64,000 nt of DNA from the human T2T-CHM13v2.0 reference genome, Homo sapiens (GCF_009914755.1 NC_060925.1), one strand, 5' to 3'. Numbered from the stretch's first letter, positions 1 through 16,077 are shown. Program-made: numbers and translations. Notes: generated by a model from the letters alone, not told the origin.

Positions 1-1834
1 ATGTATACATACATATATATGTATATATAGTTGTGTATATATTTGTGTACATATAGTGTGTATATATAGTTACTGTTTATTGAAAAGTTATTAAATTAAT
101 ATTTTCCTTGAAAATTGTCTACAATTTGAAATTGAGGACATACAAAACAAGTTTATAGGGATGCAAACATATTATCATTATGATATATAAGCATATATAC
201 AATACACCTATTCAAAATATTAGGCAAATTGATGTGCATTTATTAACAAAAACTTAGTAGTTAACACATTGGTTAAAAAGACACAATACATTTTCATATA
301 CATATGTGCATCATTGATAGATATAAGTTGAAAATTTTGAATATATTATTTTTAACCGTAAAGCATATTGAATTAAATATGTATAAAGATTTCCTGCTTC
401 CAAGTCTGTCTATTTTAAATTCACACATGTGGTATGATGAGTAATAAGATTAAAAGAGACCTGAATTCTTGTCATGTTCTGACACAGCTGTTTTAAGTTG
501 GGGAACCTACAAATACATTTTAATTTCAATTTACTGAAACGTAAAACTACACTCAACAAGATGGCCTCTGCTGCCCCACCTCTGAGAGCATTTGTATCTA
601 ATCTATATGAAGCCTTTTTACTTCAGTGTAGTTTTCTCTGAGTGGCCTGATGCTGAAGAGCTGCCCTTTATCCCACTTATATCAAGCAAAAGAGCAACAC
701 TGAGGAACAAAACCAATACACACTGCACCATGAGCTGCTTCCACTCTAGTCTCAAGCTAAAAATAGATCTCTCCAAAACTGATTAAAATGATAAAAATTC
801 AAGCAAACTGAATGCACTATTTTGTTTGCTTGTTTCATTGGAAAAAAATATGAAACATAATTACTAAGAGAACAATTAAATCACTTTAAGCAAACATGTC
901 TTGATTTTTTTCTCATAAAAAATTTGAAATGATTGCTTACATAAATCTCATGTAGACAAATTCAATTTCCTTATTGGGTAAATATCTGAGAAATACAAGA
1001 CCAGCAATACCTTGATTAAATAACATGTAGCTTCTCAATATGTATTCACTGTCTGGACCAATGATGATAAAGAAACAGTTCTGAAGTTTTCCTCTGTGTC
1101 TCACCAGAAGAAGTGACCCAATTTAACATGCAAACTCAGTGATAGAGAAAACCTGATGTATAATATATCAAGGAGACAATCTTCTCTGTTAGTTTCCCAT
1201 AGAGACTGGGCCGCCACAGTCTGGAGGAGATTGGCTTCCAGAAGGAAGCCTGGGGGACGCTGGTCTCAGGAGGATGCTGCCTCCTCTGGGTTAAATTGTA
1301 AATTACCTGCTGAAACAGAAAGCAGAATATGGAGTAGGTGCCAACTGAACTCAGAGTCCGTGAGGAAGTGATGAGCATGAGATATAGAGATTTTCATTAA
1401 GAGAGTGAGGAGAGTAAACAGTGAAAAAAGTAAAGGATTTATATTTTCACATTTCATAAAATAATCTTCGATAAAGTACAAAACCCAGACATTTAAGTAC
1501 TCAGAAAATAATAAATTGTTTTACTTCATCACTATGCCTAGTCAGTATGCCACATGAGAGCAGTTAAGTGCGTATACTCAGTTTACTTTGCAGTTACAGC
1601 AGCCTGTTTCTGTATTGCACATAGACTCTCAGAAAATTATTGGCTTAATGGAGACAATCATCATGCTTCTCATCTTCCTCCAAATCTATTTGTTCCACAA
1701 CCAGTCACAGACCAAGAGGATGGGTAGATCTCACTAAATACGATCATTTGAAAATTAGAAGTGAATAGAAAAATCTGGCAGAAATTTAGGAGATATATAT
1801 TTTATCATTTCATTTTTCAAATGAGGAAAGTGAG

Positions 1835-3908
1835 TCTTAATATAAAAACTTAAGACAAATTAAACTTAGCAGACTTTATTTGATCAAAGAATGATTCATT
1901 ATCAGATCGCACTACAGATCAGAAGAAATTCAGAGAGCTCTGCCCAGCAGTGTGAACAAGCTTTTATGGGCCAGACATAGGAGCAAAGTAGAAAAATCAC
2001 CTGCTTGCCTACAGCTAGACATCCGTCTTGTTTGAACATGGTGTTATTTAATTTTGGCAATACTATAAGGCAGTAGAAAAATATTGCACATATGTACATA
2101 CATCCAGATATAGATAGACATGTAACAGAAACATTACAAATTTTTAGCCATGTGCCAGGTACAATAATACAAATCTCACTAATTTATTAAAGAATATCTG
2201 GATCTAAATTGTTTTTGGCTAATGCCACTTAAATGGCTAAAGCTTCTTACTAATATTTGTGAAAAAGATCATTAATGTTTTTTTATTTGCTCAGTTTCCA
2301 AATATCTATTTTTCTTACTTCTACTTCTGATGAGTTATCTACCCTAAACTTGCATTTTAAATAGATACCTATTAAACTCTAGAGAAGACTGTGTAGAAAA
2401 TTTATATCTCAAAAGCACAGAGCTTGGACTTCCAGCTTAAATGCTTTAATTTGCCCAAACCAAGAAAGAAAGATGTAAAGACCCAGTTAGGGCAAGACAG
2501 CTAGGAAAAGCACTTTAAAGGCAAGGCTTCTGTAGATTTAAGCCAACGCTTTCTTCCTTATCAGAGTTTCCAGTGTTCTCTGTCCAGAGAGGTAGACCTT
2601 CTTACAAATGGAGATTCCCTTTAGGGATGTAAATTTCTCTTACAAAGAGTCCTCAAAATAAGCAGGTGAAAATAGTTTTTCTGCCAAAAAGTTGTATTTT
2701 GGAGATTTATTCTGCTAAATCAGTGGTTTCCCAACCCACCTTCTGTCTTTTAACTAAAATACTAAGTGGGTGGAACCCACTGAAGACTAGAACAAATATT
2801 TTGTGTGCCTGACTCACCATGGTTACTTCTAATCTTGCTCTATAATCACAGACTGGTACAACTTTTCTCTCCTGTTTTGTTTTCAAGATTGCAAGACTGA
2901 ATAATATTTCCCCCCACCCACCAGAAAGAGTTTGGGGCATAGCAAAGATCATGACAACAAGAAAGAATTGGCAGAGTATGTGTTTAGCGGGAAGTTTCAT
3001 AAGAGGTGTTTCAGTTGACTGCAGGGTTCCCATGGGAGAAGCAGGATTAAAGAGAGAAAACAGAAAAGACTCATTCTTACAAATGTTTTTCTAAATATGA
3101 TTCAACTGTCAGTCAGATAGCTTCAGGTATGGGGACTTCCACATTTGATTTGAAACTTCCATTTTTTTTCTCTGGGGGATTGGTTGATTATTGCCCAGGG
3201 AGTGTAGCCCTTGGGGGCTTTCTCTAGTAGGTAGACAGGCCAGGTCCATCAGATGACTGGTATAGAAATGAAAAATTTCTTATGCAAAGGCCTGACTATT
3301 TAAAATACAGGTAAACTTCTTGGGACACGCGGTCCTTTACTTTTGAGGCAACTCCTCTGGGGTTCAAAATAGCTACAAGGAGGTCTTCTCAGTCCCCATA
3401 GCTGGCGTATTATAAAGGCATGCACCTCTTTGTCCTTTGTAAAAAGTCTCCCCACTGTGGCCTTTGTAACTTAAAATTACCTTTGGTCAGGTTCACTCAT
3501 TTTTCTAGAAAAACACATGTTCTGGGTCCATGGTTCTTATACATAAAATATGCTGCATTCCCACATGGAAGAGTTCTAGAGCCCTTGGATTCAAAAAACA
3601 CATGATATGCTGTCTTCCAGGAACCTTACCTACCGGAGGCCTCCTACTGGACCCAGTCTGGTTTCTTTACCAGATCCATTCCAATTCTGAACCCAGTCCA
3701 GTCAACAAATTGCTCAAACAAAGTTAGAGCTCAAAACATAAATTTGCAGAGTTTGAATCCAAGAGGAAATTTACCCATAATCTTCAGTTGCAGCGTGAGA
3801 GCAATGGGCCCTAGTGGGTATCTACACTTGGGCATTCCTTGTTCCGGGGGGCCACTGGGTATCCTTCAAATCTTACTTCTAACACCAAATAGTTAAAAGA
3901 AAAACTTC
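1835..3908 (-). mobile_element. ERV1 (MER4-group-like) remnant: LTR-like segment, internal sequence and PBS-like junction
   Basis: LTR-edge motif 'aaaacttaagacaaattaaacttagcagactttattt' at ~1846 recurs as 'gttaaaagaaaaactt' at ~3891, next to a minus-strand PBS-like TGGTGTTAGAAG; no long ORF. Confidence 0.55.
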
Positions 3909-3910
3909 AC

Positions 3911-5278
3911 CAATGAGACAGAAAATTAACAGGCCTATTCAGGACTTGAACTCAGCTCTGGACCAAGCAAACCTAATAGACGTCTACAGAACTCTCTACC
4001 TCAAATCAACAGAATATACATTCTTCTCAGCACCACATAGCACTTATTCTAAAGTTGACCACATAATTGGAACTAAAACATTCCTCAGCAAAGGCAAAAC
4101 AATGGAAATCATAACAAACAGTCTTTCAGACCACAGTGCACCAAATTAGAACTCAGGATTAAGAAACTCACTCAGCACCACACAACTACATGGAAACTGA
4201 ACAACCTGCTCCTGAATGACTACTAGGTAACTAACAAAATTAAGGCAGAAATAAATAAGATATTTGAAACCAATGAGAACAAAGACACAACACACCAGAA
4301 TTTCCGGGACACAGCTAAAGCAGTGTTTAGAGGGAAATTTATAGCATTACATGGCCACATCAGAAAGCAGGAAAGATCTAAAATCGACACCCTAACATCA
4401 AAATTAAAAGAACTAGAGAAGCAAGAGCAAATAAATTCGAAAGCTAGCAGAAGACAAGAAATAACTAAAATCAGAGTAGAACTGAAGGAAATAGAGAAAC
4501 GAAGAAGCCTTCAAAAAAACAATGAAATCAGGAGCTGGTTTTTTGAAAAGACTAACAAAATAGATAGACCACCAAGCTAGGCTAATAAAGAAGCAAAGAG
4601 AGAAGAATCAAATAGACATAATAAAAAATGGTAAAGGGGATATCACCACTGATCCAACACAAATATAAACTACCATCAGAGAATACTATAAACATCTCTA
4701 TGAAAATAAACTAGAAAATCTAGAAGAAACGGATAAATTCCTGGACACATACACCCTCCCAAGACTATACCAGGAAGAAGTCGAATCCCTCAATAGACCA
4801 ATAACAAGTTCTGAAATCCAGGCAGTAATTAATGGTCTACCAACCAAAAAAAAAAAAAAAAAAAAAAAAAGCCCAGGAAAGGAAAAGACGGATTCACAGA
4901 GGTACAAAGACTAGCTGGTACAGTTCCTTTTGAAACTATTCCAAACAACAGAAAAAGAGGAACTGTTCCCTAACTCATTTTATGAGGCCAGCATCACCCT
5001 GATACCATAACCTGGCAGAGACACAACAAAAAAAAAAAAAAGAAAGAAAATTTCACACCAATATCGCTGATGAACACTGATGTGAAAATCCTCAATAAAA
5101 TACTGGCAAACTGAATCCAGCAGCACATCAAAAAGATTATCCATCACGATCAAGTAGGCTTCATCCCTGGGATGCAAGGCTGGTACAACACATGCAAATC
5201 AATAAACACAATCCATCACATAAACAGAACCAATGACAAAAACCACATGATTATCTCAATAGATGCAGAAAAGGCCTT
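3911..5278 (+). mobile_element. L1PA fragment (ORF2 endonuclease to early RT), disrupted
   Basis: ORF pieces 'IQDLNSALDQANLIDVYRTL..YTFFSAPHSTYSKVDHI' and '[30 protein letters not shown]' match L1 ORF2p; stops and frameshifts present. Confidence 0.92.
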
Positions 5279-5879
5279 TTTTAAGGCTGAGTAATATTTC
5301 ATCTTAGGTAGATATCACATTTTCTTTATCCATTTATCCATTGATGGATATTTAGGTTGCTTCCAAAAAGAATTAGAGCTTCTGCAGCTGCCAGAAAGTA
5401 AGCCATCAAAACAGCAGTTGGGTAACAGGAAGAATTCTAACACTCTTGAGCTCATAGGTAGAAGGGACCCTTCATTCATTCAACACACACTAACAATGCA
5501 TTTATGTCCCAGGTACAGTGCTAAAGGCTGGAAGTATGTGGATCATGCATACATACACAGTCCCTGTCCTTTCAAAGTGTTCAGTCTCAAGGAGGTGTGG
5601 GTATGTTAGAAAATATTCTGAGGTGCCAGAATTGCACTAGATGCATTGATGACTTGGAGGGTATTGGTAGGGTAGAATGTTCCCGTCAGAGAATTAAGTA
5701 TATAGGTACCCTTTCCTCAAAAATGCTTAGACTAGGTAGGGAAGAGGGTGAGGCACAATAGCATATCTTTAATTGGGTGGGGTGAGAACCAAAGAATCGG
5801 AAAAACAGACATTCCAGCTCCTCCAAGTTCTTCCAATCGTCAGAACTGTGGAACTAGCCCACCAGGCTTTCTCCAGTCA

Positions 5880-6520
5880 CGTGAGCCGGGAGCCACCAGG
5901 ATCTCATTGGCCAAGGCTCCCAGAGGGCGGGAAGAGCGGGAAGTGAGGACCAATGGGGCAGGCCAAAGGGACTGTGGAGGCCGACGCATGCGCAGTGCCC
6001 TCCGGCCTAGCCCGGCCAACCCGCCTGTCCCGGACCGCCCGGCGTCAGGTACGGGTTCACCAAGCCACCCCGCCCACCTCAGGACGCAGCTGCCGGTCCA
6101 GCTGCTCCCGCGGGCCCACAGCGCGCTGTGGAAAGGAGCGGACAGGCCAGAGGCTCTCTCGGGCCTACAAGTCTAGGCTAGGCAGTGTTTCCGAGTCCCA
6201 GGTGCCTCCAGAGGCCGAGCTCACAGCGCGGCCCACCCAGCATCCGGGGGCGCTGTGAGGGGCGCTCGCCCAGCAGCGGAAAGGCCATTCGCGTGGCGCG
6301 GGAGCGCGGGCCCGGCCGCCTGGGCGTGTCCCTTTCGCGGAACTGAGCTCACTGGCTCCTCTCTTCCAGACGGAGCGACGGGGCCGGCCGCAGCCTCAGC
6401 CACGCGTCCCTCGGTGGCGGGCAGGCTCCTCTTGGCCTGCAGCCTTACTTTCATGCCCTTCTTCACAGGTGAGCGGATGGCTTGGGGTCCTCCCGCATTT
6501 CCCGCAGCGTCGCTCTCTGC
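5880..6520. promoter_or_regulatory. CpG island / promoter
   Basis: High GC and CpG density in an AT-rich background; NRF1-type ACGCATGCGCAG at ~5984-5995; CCAAT on both strands (~5906, ~5950); GC box GGGCGG at ~5925; GGAAGTG at ~5939. Confidence 0.85.
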
Positions 6521-6830
6521 ATTCCCGCATTCCCAGGTTCCTGCTGCATTCGTGAATTCCTTCCTGCATTCCTGTACTCTCCACTCTTCCAGCCTGCATT
6601 CCCACATTTCCACCCTCATTCCTGCATTCCCAACTGCATCCCCCAACGTTGCCACTTTCTCCCCATCGTTCCCACCTGCGTTTCCGCATTCCCACATCCC
6701 TGCTCTGATTCCCACCCGCATTTCTGAATCCCCACCTGCTTTCTCTACCCCAGTCCAGCCTTTATTCCGGCATTTCTGCCTTCATTCTCGCGTTCCCAGC
6801 CACATTCCCCTTTGCATTCTGCAGACCTCC
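6490..6830 (+). repeat. Degenerate C/T-rich repeat built on (CCTGCATTC)-like words
   Basis: Recurrent GCATTCC/CTGCATT words, about 8 CATTCC copies. Confidence 0.75.
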
Positions 6831-7435
6831 AATCACCTTTCTTTGTTGGGCAGTGTACTCATCAGCACGGCATAAGGAAAGAGCAGACACGGCTCCTGCC
6901 CTCATAATGCTTACAGTCTACAGAACAGTGCTGGGGACACAGTCCTGAGTGTTGCCTCCTGATCAACCACTTACTGACTGCCTGGCCTCAGGAAAGCAGC
7001 TGAGCTTATCTGTTCTTAGGTATCCTTATTAGAGTACTAAGAATATTGGTTCCTGCCTATTATAGTTGTAAGGAACATGTGAGCTAGTAAAGGGCTGACA
7101 CAATGCCTGGCATTTAATAAGCTCTCATTAAAGAGAGCTTTAATGTTTGTCTGTCTTTCTCCAGAGACCACTTCATGTTGGGAGAATTGTGGGGAGAGAA
7201 AATGTTCACCAGTGAAACGTGAATCATGAGCCCTCATCCAAGTAGTTCTACTTCCCCGATTTCCCTGAAGGTTATAGGGTACTGTGTGAGCAGCCTCTAA
7301 CTCTCCCTGGTTATTCACAGAAGTAAGATGTTCTGGGTCTGCTTATCGGGAGGAGTCATTCAGTTAGTGCCACATAATCATTTTAACATTTCTCCCATTG
7401 CTGCCAGGGCATCCTGCATCACCTCCCAAGCCAGC

Positions 7436-7549
7436 CTCCCACGTCACCTGGGTGGTGTACTAATTCACGGCCAGGAGCACTGACTGTTCCTGCTCCCACG
7501 TCACCTGGGTGGTGTACTGATTCACGGCCAGGAGCATTGACTATTCCTG
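7436..7549 (+). repeat. 57-bp tandem duplication (2 copies)
   Basis: ctcccacgtcacctgggtggtgtact.attcacggccaggagca.tgact.ttcctg at 7436 and 7493. Confidence 0.9.
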
Positions 7550-9149
7550 GCCACCTCCTTGCACCTTTCCTGGTTCCCTCAGCCTCTCAAAGTTCTCATC
7601 TTTCCTTTGATGAGAAAGAGAAGGGCAGACTGAAAATAGACTCACCACCCACCTGTCCTTTCCCCCTGCCCCATACTGGTGGACCAGCATCACAGTAAAA
7701 ATAGTTACCACTTAGTAAGAATTCATTATGAGCCAACTTAGGATTTTTGATAAGATAAAAGAGTTCAGCATAATTTTACATAAAATTAGTTTTTTCTTGA
7801 TATATTTTCTTCTCTTCTGCTTTCCACACCTAATAAAACATTACAGAAAGTCTTGTTTTATTTATTTTGAGGACAGGCCTTAGGTAAAATGTGGAAGTTT
7901 ATCTTGGAGCTTCCAATCTTCAAGTTCTCTTCTCCTTTCCCCATCCTCTGTCTTCTCCACTCTATCCTATCTTATCTCCTCTAGAGCCCAAACCCAGCCC
8001 CACTGATTTTTCTCAATCAAAGCTCATTTAAAAAAAAAAAAAGGATGGGAAAATCGTCGTTCCTCTCACTATGAATAGCTAAGAACAGTGCTATTAACTT
8101 GCCTGGTATGCTCTGCATTTTAACAGAAATCAAAGTCCAGAACTTTTTAAAAAAAAAAAAAAAAACCATTTACTGGAATATTGGGCTTAAGAGTGTTTGT
8201 GCATTTGGTTGAGAGGGCAGGAAGACCTATCAGTCTGCATGTGGCACACACTCTAATAATTTTCTTCAAGTTCACATGCCATTGCCTTGGGACATCAGGG
8301 CCCCAGCCAGGCACTGGAGGGGCAGAGGGAGGCATGTGGGCAACTTTGAGGGGAGTGGGAGAAAGTGATACTTAATCTCATACTTAACCAGGTGACCACT
8401 TGTTTCCTCAAAAGTGCCCTCCTTTGCTCTGCTGATCAGAGATTGCTTAGTGGTTATGATTAGTAGTGAAGTTTGTTTGAATATAATATTTTCTGTAACA
8501 AGCCTTTTTTTTCGGGAGCAAAAACAAATTTTAAAACTTTTTTTCATATATTGTCCCATTTTAAAAATTTACTTACATTTGTTTTTAATTGTGTAACTGT
8601 AAAAATAAATAATATATGCCTATGACGTATATTATCCTACCCTCTTCAGCCCCCAACACAACTCCTGTTTAGCAACCATAGTTATTCCTTTCTTGTTTAC
8701 CTTTCCAGAAATGGTCTGTTACTTACAAACATATCCAAATGCATCTTTTCTTTCCATTGGCAGCATTTTATATCAAATGCTCTACATCTTGTTTTTTTCC
8801 CCTTAAAAGTACATCTTGAAGAGCTTTTCATTTCATCAGAATATGGCCATATTCTGTCTATGGTGGTATTCATCTCTGTTTCATGGATATGACAGAATCT
8901 ATCTAACCATGAGAATTTCAGTCACTTCTGATCACTTCTTATCACAGAGGATGCTACAATGAATGACCTTGTACAAATGCATGTAGGAAAATACCTAGGA
9001 ATTGCTGGATAAAAGAGCTTGTGCAAATTGTTCTCAAAAAGAAGTATTACTAATTTACCCACCAGAAATAGATGAGAATACCTGTTGCCCCTCATTGCAA
9101 TTTTAATTTACATTCATCATTACCTTCTGCAGTGATCAAAATGTCTATG

Positions 9150-9290
9150 CCTGTGCTGTCCAGTACAGTGGCCACTAGCCATGTGTGGCTATCCAGCATT
9201 TGAAATGAGACTGGTGTGACTAAGGAACTGAATTTTTAATTACATTTTATTTTAATTAATTTTAAATAGATACATTGGACAGAGTAGCTT
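9150..9290. mobile_element. MER3/MER33-like hAT DNA transposon
   Basis: 'ctgtgctgtcca..gtggccactagccatgtgtggcta' start, AT-rich core, 'ttggacag' end. Confidence 0.7.
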
Positions 9291-9420
9291 CAGAGCAGAG
9301 TAGGGTATGAAAGAGTTTGGAAAGAGACAAAAGGGGATATGAGACATATTGCTGAGAAATTATGAATTGGAAGGTCTCTCTAACGTTAACCATTGAAATT
9401 TTCGTTATTTTGTCTTTTAA

Positions 9421-9781
<361 letters not shown>

Positions 9782-10879
9782 GAATCTATGCGTTTTTAAA
9801 ATTACATTTGGATTGTGCTTCCTCAAACAAGACTCTCCAGAGAAAGCAAGCCTGGTTAGCCCTGGATCTCTAATGGTTGTAGTGGTGGAGAGGCATGTGG
9901 GCGTCTCTAGTCTCTGCTTCTCCTTCTCTTCATGGCAGCACCCAGCTCCCAGGCCTCAGCACTGCCTTCCCAACCCCTTCTCCTACCCCGGGTGGAGGGC
10001 CAGCTGCCCTCACATTTGCAGGGCCCATGGTAATATGTCACAATACTTAAAAGAAATACAGTAAGCTAAAAACAATAATAAAATATTTTCCATCCTTTTA
10101 CTTACACAAATGTGTCCTCAGAATGACCTAAAAGGTTTGGAATGTTCGCAAGAGTTTCATGCCAGAGAATTGCAGCACTGAGAAATCTGGATCCTGGTCT
10201 CCAGCCCATCTCCTTTCCCCATTCCACACTCCCCTTCAACTGTGAAGGCCATCGCGATCATGTGTGTGGACACGCCAATGCTGAAGTTTAAACTCCCCAC
10301 TCCCACCACCTCTGACAACTGCTAGGTTAGATCTCAGTCTGTTTGAGCAAGAAATCCCAGGATTCTTGGTAGCCAGGCAAAGTGGGGAAAGGGCATACAG
10401 GATCTGGGTGGGCATGTCCCCTTGGTGTCACATACTACTCATCCCATAGGGGCTAACAGAGGCAGAAGAGGCCCTGGTCTGGGGGAGGTGAACAAATCAA
10501 AACTACCTTTTGATAGCCTAAGGAGAATTCTTCAGGGAAATACCATGGCTTTTACTCCTTTTTTCCCCTTGCTCTTAATTTTCCACAGATTTCCACCTCT
10601 TTATTCATAGTCCCCACCATTCTCTGCTCTGTGCCTGGACATCTTTTACTGGAACAGCCAAGCCCAGTCTTTGCCCATGACAGCAGGTGGCAGCAAGAAC
10701 ACTTGAATGGAAGCGGGGAATCAGTCGACTTCTGTTCACTAGGACATTATTATGGAGCCCCAGAGGCAGATAGTGCAGAAGAAGCTAAGGCTCTTTCTTG
10801 TTAGGGCCCCTTCTTTGAGTATCCTGTGCATTCTGCCACCCGTGACCTTTACTTGTAAGACCACATTTTTCTGTGTAAG

Positions 10880-11130
10880 TGTTTGGAAGTAGACCTTTTT
10901 CAGGCCTCCACTCAAAAAATGTCCCTTTTTCTGTGAGGCCTTTCCTGACCAACCCCGTGAATTATCCCTACCCTGCACATCCTGTCCTGTTTTGTCTCTC
11001 TCCGTAGTATTTATCATCATCTGACATATCATATTTTTTTCTTCTTTGTTTTTTTCTGCTTCCTCCATCTGAAAATGAGCTCCATAATGGCAGGGATTTT
11101 TATAGTAACTCTAGTGTTATTGGATGCGTT
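10880..11130. mobile_element. L2 fragment
   Basis: 'ctcaaaaaatgtccctttttctgtgaggcctttcctgacc...gagctccat..ggcagggattt' resembles the L2 3' region. Confidence 0.55.
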
Positions 11131-11751
11131 TGAAAGTGTCACATGAGGAAGGCAGGGGTGAGGATTAGGGAAGGGTGAATGGGGTGGGTGGATCTAGTTC
11201 TAGCGGCTGTTCTATGAGAATGAGTACATTTGCTTGTCAATGGCAAATAACTAGCCAGTCTTCTATCTTTTTTTAACAGTCTCCTGGGAGATTAAGATGA
11301 GTGATCTAGAGGAGGAAGATGTTGATGAATTCAGCTCCAGTGGTTTTAAGTGCCCAACATGCTTTGCAGTGCAAGGAAGGAAATGCGATACAGAACTCAA
11401 ATGGTGTGCAGCAGATAAAATAAAGTGTATTGAATTCTCTGGCATCATAAACACAGGTACTTTTCTAGGATGTACTGGTATTCTCTCACAAGCTTATGGG
11501 GTATGTGTTCCAAGGGTAGGGTTGAGGAGAAATCAGCTTTTGTCCAAATCTCTTAGAAATGAGGACACAGCAGTGGTCTGACTCTGTAAATATGTCCAAC
11601 TGGCTTTCACATTCACTTATTTTTGAATTGATACATGTATTCATTGACAGGCTCTCTACTAGCTTTGAGGAAGTTGGTTCAGCATATTGGAGGAATCTTC
11701 ATCTTCTGCAAATTTTGGTTAGGTTTAAAAAAAAAAAAAAAAAAAAAACAT

Positions 11752-12053
<302 letters not shown>

Positions 12054-13995
12054 CCACGGGGGCAATGTGTGCTTTTTTCCTCTGTTGTTGTTGTTGAAAT
12101 TTTCAAAATAAGAGCTCTGGAGAGAGGCAATGACCAAGCTTAAACTTTCTTCAAAAAGATTGCAAATTATATTTTACTATGCTTGCTTTAAGAAAATACA
12201 ATACAAAATTCTAAATTAATTGAAGACATTTAAATGAGAAATGATTTAGGAGTGATAGTGTGGAATAGCACGAAATGCAGTGGGCTGAGTTCCGTGAGGG
12301 TTGGGTTGTTTCCATAATTCCTCTTTACCTGCTCACTTCCTCCTGCTGACGCTGGGGAGCTCCACCTTCCTGAAGTTCATCTAAGTGAGGTAATTAGAAG
12401 GCTAACCATGTTGGTTGGTCTCTTGGATTCTTATGTTTCTACTTTCTGTAATTTGCATAATAAAAGAGATGTATTTGCTTTAAAATAGCAATCACTCGAT
12501 TGCTATTGACACTGCAGAAGAAGTAAGATGAAATCATCGAGAGCGTAGAATATGTGCCATGTGAAAGAATATGTCTGAAGGTGCTTTGAAAGGCAGGGAA
12601 CACAATCACAGTCGTAGCTTTTTTATGGCTATTGCTAGTTCTTAAATGATAACTCAGACCAAGAATAAGAGATTAGATTTATGTTCCTAAATTTACAAAG
12701 AGTCTACATAACTGAAACACAGACATACCCCCTCCCCTGAGTATCAGTAGCATACAGGATACCCCTAACAAAGTCATTAGGACTTCTTACTACCATTGGC
12801 ATAAAGGGTCTATAAAAGCATATGCTATCTCAAGTGGTAATGTAAGTTGGAAAAAAGTTCATATAAAGTTTAGAAAATATGCCAATATGTGATTGACATA
12901 GATTTTGAGAAGATTTAGGAATTTGGAAGTCCCATCTTTGGAGGACACATTTCTAGCTCATTGCCTCTGCTGCAGAGAGCCCTGTCAGATGGATCACACC
13001 AGAGTGTGACTTGACTTATATCCTACTCCAGCCCAGTCTGTATGAGTAAAATGCAGAGTATAAGGAAGGAGGAGGAGAGTGGAAGTCTCACTTACAGTTT
13101 CTTGCAGGTATTCGTGACGTAGCCATTGAAATGAAGAGATGCACACAAGCAGACCTATGCAAAGAGACGATAACTTCTTAGATGGGTTTTCCAATTGCTA
13201 ACAAGAGTAGAAATTGCAAATCAGCCATCAGAAATGGGGCCAGAATCAGACCCCCATCTCCCATCTTCTTTGTTCTTTTCCTGGGGAGGGTACTTCATGG
13301 AGCTCTGGCAAGAGCCTAGCCACTTCCATTTATGAATTAAACCTGAATTTTTTTGTTAATGTATTCTTTCATGAGTGTTAATTTCTCCATAGTTATATTC
13401 AGTTGTCCATTTGTTTACTCATTCAATGAGTTTACTTGTTGTGTATCCAGCCTTGCATAAAGTGTGTTAGGGTCAAAGTGAATCAGCTTTGGGTCCCTGC
13501 CTTTAAGGTCCCAAAGCATTTAGAGAATGAGGACGTGTGCAGTTAAAATGCTGAGAAAGCAATTTAAGAAGAACATAAAAGAGCAGAAGCACTCTGCTTA
13601 AGGAGCCTGAGGGATTGGTTTGGACATAGGGTAAAAGTAGAAGACTGTGGGTTTGATTAAGGAAAGATTGGGATTTTAGATGGACTTTGAGGAGACCTTT
13701 ACTATATGGCAGCAGAAATAACATGCACTGAGACATGGACATGGGGAGATGGGTGGAGGCTAAGATGCAGTAGCTGAAATTAATGGTAGGAGGAGTGGGG
13801 GAGAGGAAAATGTCAGCAAGTATATGGGCCTGGCTGGAAGCATCTTTCTGAGAGGGATGGAAAGTGCTGCCCTGGATGAACACAGTGGACTCACTGAGCT
13901 GAGGACAGGCCAGCTCTGTGATGGAAAACAGTTTCCTTCAATCCACCAGAGAGATGATCAAAAGCCAAGGTCCCTGGTTCTCACTGCTGACTACT

Positions 13996-14309
13996 TTTTG
14001 TTTTGTTTGTTTGTTTGTTTGTTTTGAGACAGAGTCTCGCTCTATCGCCCAGGCTGGAGTGCAGTGGCGCAATCTCGGCTCACTGCAAGCTCTGCCTCCT
14101 GGGTCAAGCAATTCTCCTGCCTCAGCCTCCCAAGTAGCTGGGACTACAGGCACGTGCCACCACGCCCAGCTAATTTTTTATATTTTTATTAGAGATGGGG
14201 TTTCACCATGATGTTAGCCAGGATGGTCTTGATCTCCTGACCTCGTGATCCGCCTGCCTTGGCCTCCCAAAGTGCTGGGATTTCAGGCCTGAGCCACCGC
14301 GTCCGGCCC
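13996..14309 (-). mobile_element. Alu (AluSc/Y-like) with TSD
   Basis: (TTTG)n tail; TSD cactgctgactactt on both sides. Confidence 0.93.
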
Positions 14310-14324
14310 ACTGCTGACTACTTA

Positions 14325-14490
14325 GTACAGAATCACCCAGGAGCTTTAAATTAGAATGCGCATCCTAGGCCCCCTGCCAGAAATTCAGATTCAGCTGATT
14401 TGGGATGAGCCTGGCCTTGCTCCCGCATTTTTGTCCTTTGTGTTGTTTTAAATGCTCCCCAACCAGGGTGACTTTAATTTTCAGCTACTA
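14325..14490. mobile_element. MER5A-like DNA transposon
   Basis: 'agaatcacccaggagcttt...ccagaaattcagattcagctgatttgggatgagcctgg...ctcccc..ggtgac'. Confidence 0.6.
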
Positions 14491-14499
14491 TTTTTTAAA

Positions 14500-15950
<1,451 letters not shown>

Positions 15951-16077
15951 ATCAAGAGAGCGATATCACCAAGATGACAGAGTAGGACATACTGGCCTTC
16001 ATTCCCCTTGCTCCCCTGCACCCCTCCAAAAATAGCTATCCACAAATCAACATGGCACTGACAGGTCTCAAAGACCC

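Noticed and set aside
1130-1380. Possible olfactory-receptor promoter or 5'UTR exon (O/E-like YYYCARRRR words)
   Set aside because: Motif is too degenerate and no OR coding sequence lies in the window.
5748-6875. Several overlapping ORFs at the CpG island
   Set aside because: Expected in GC-rich and repetitive DNA; no recognisable domain.
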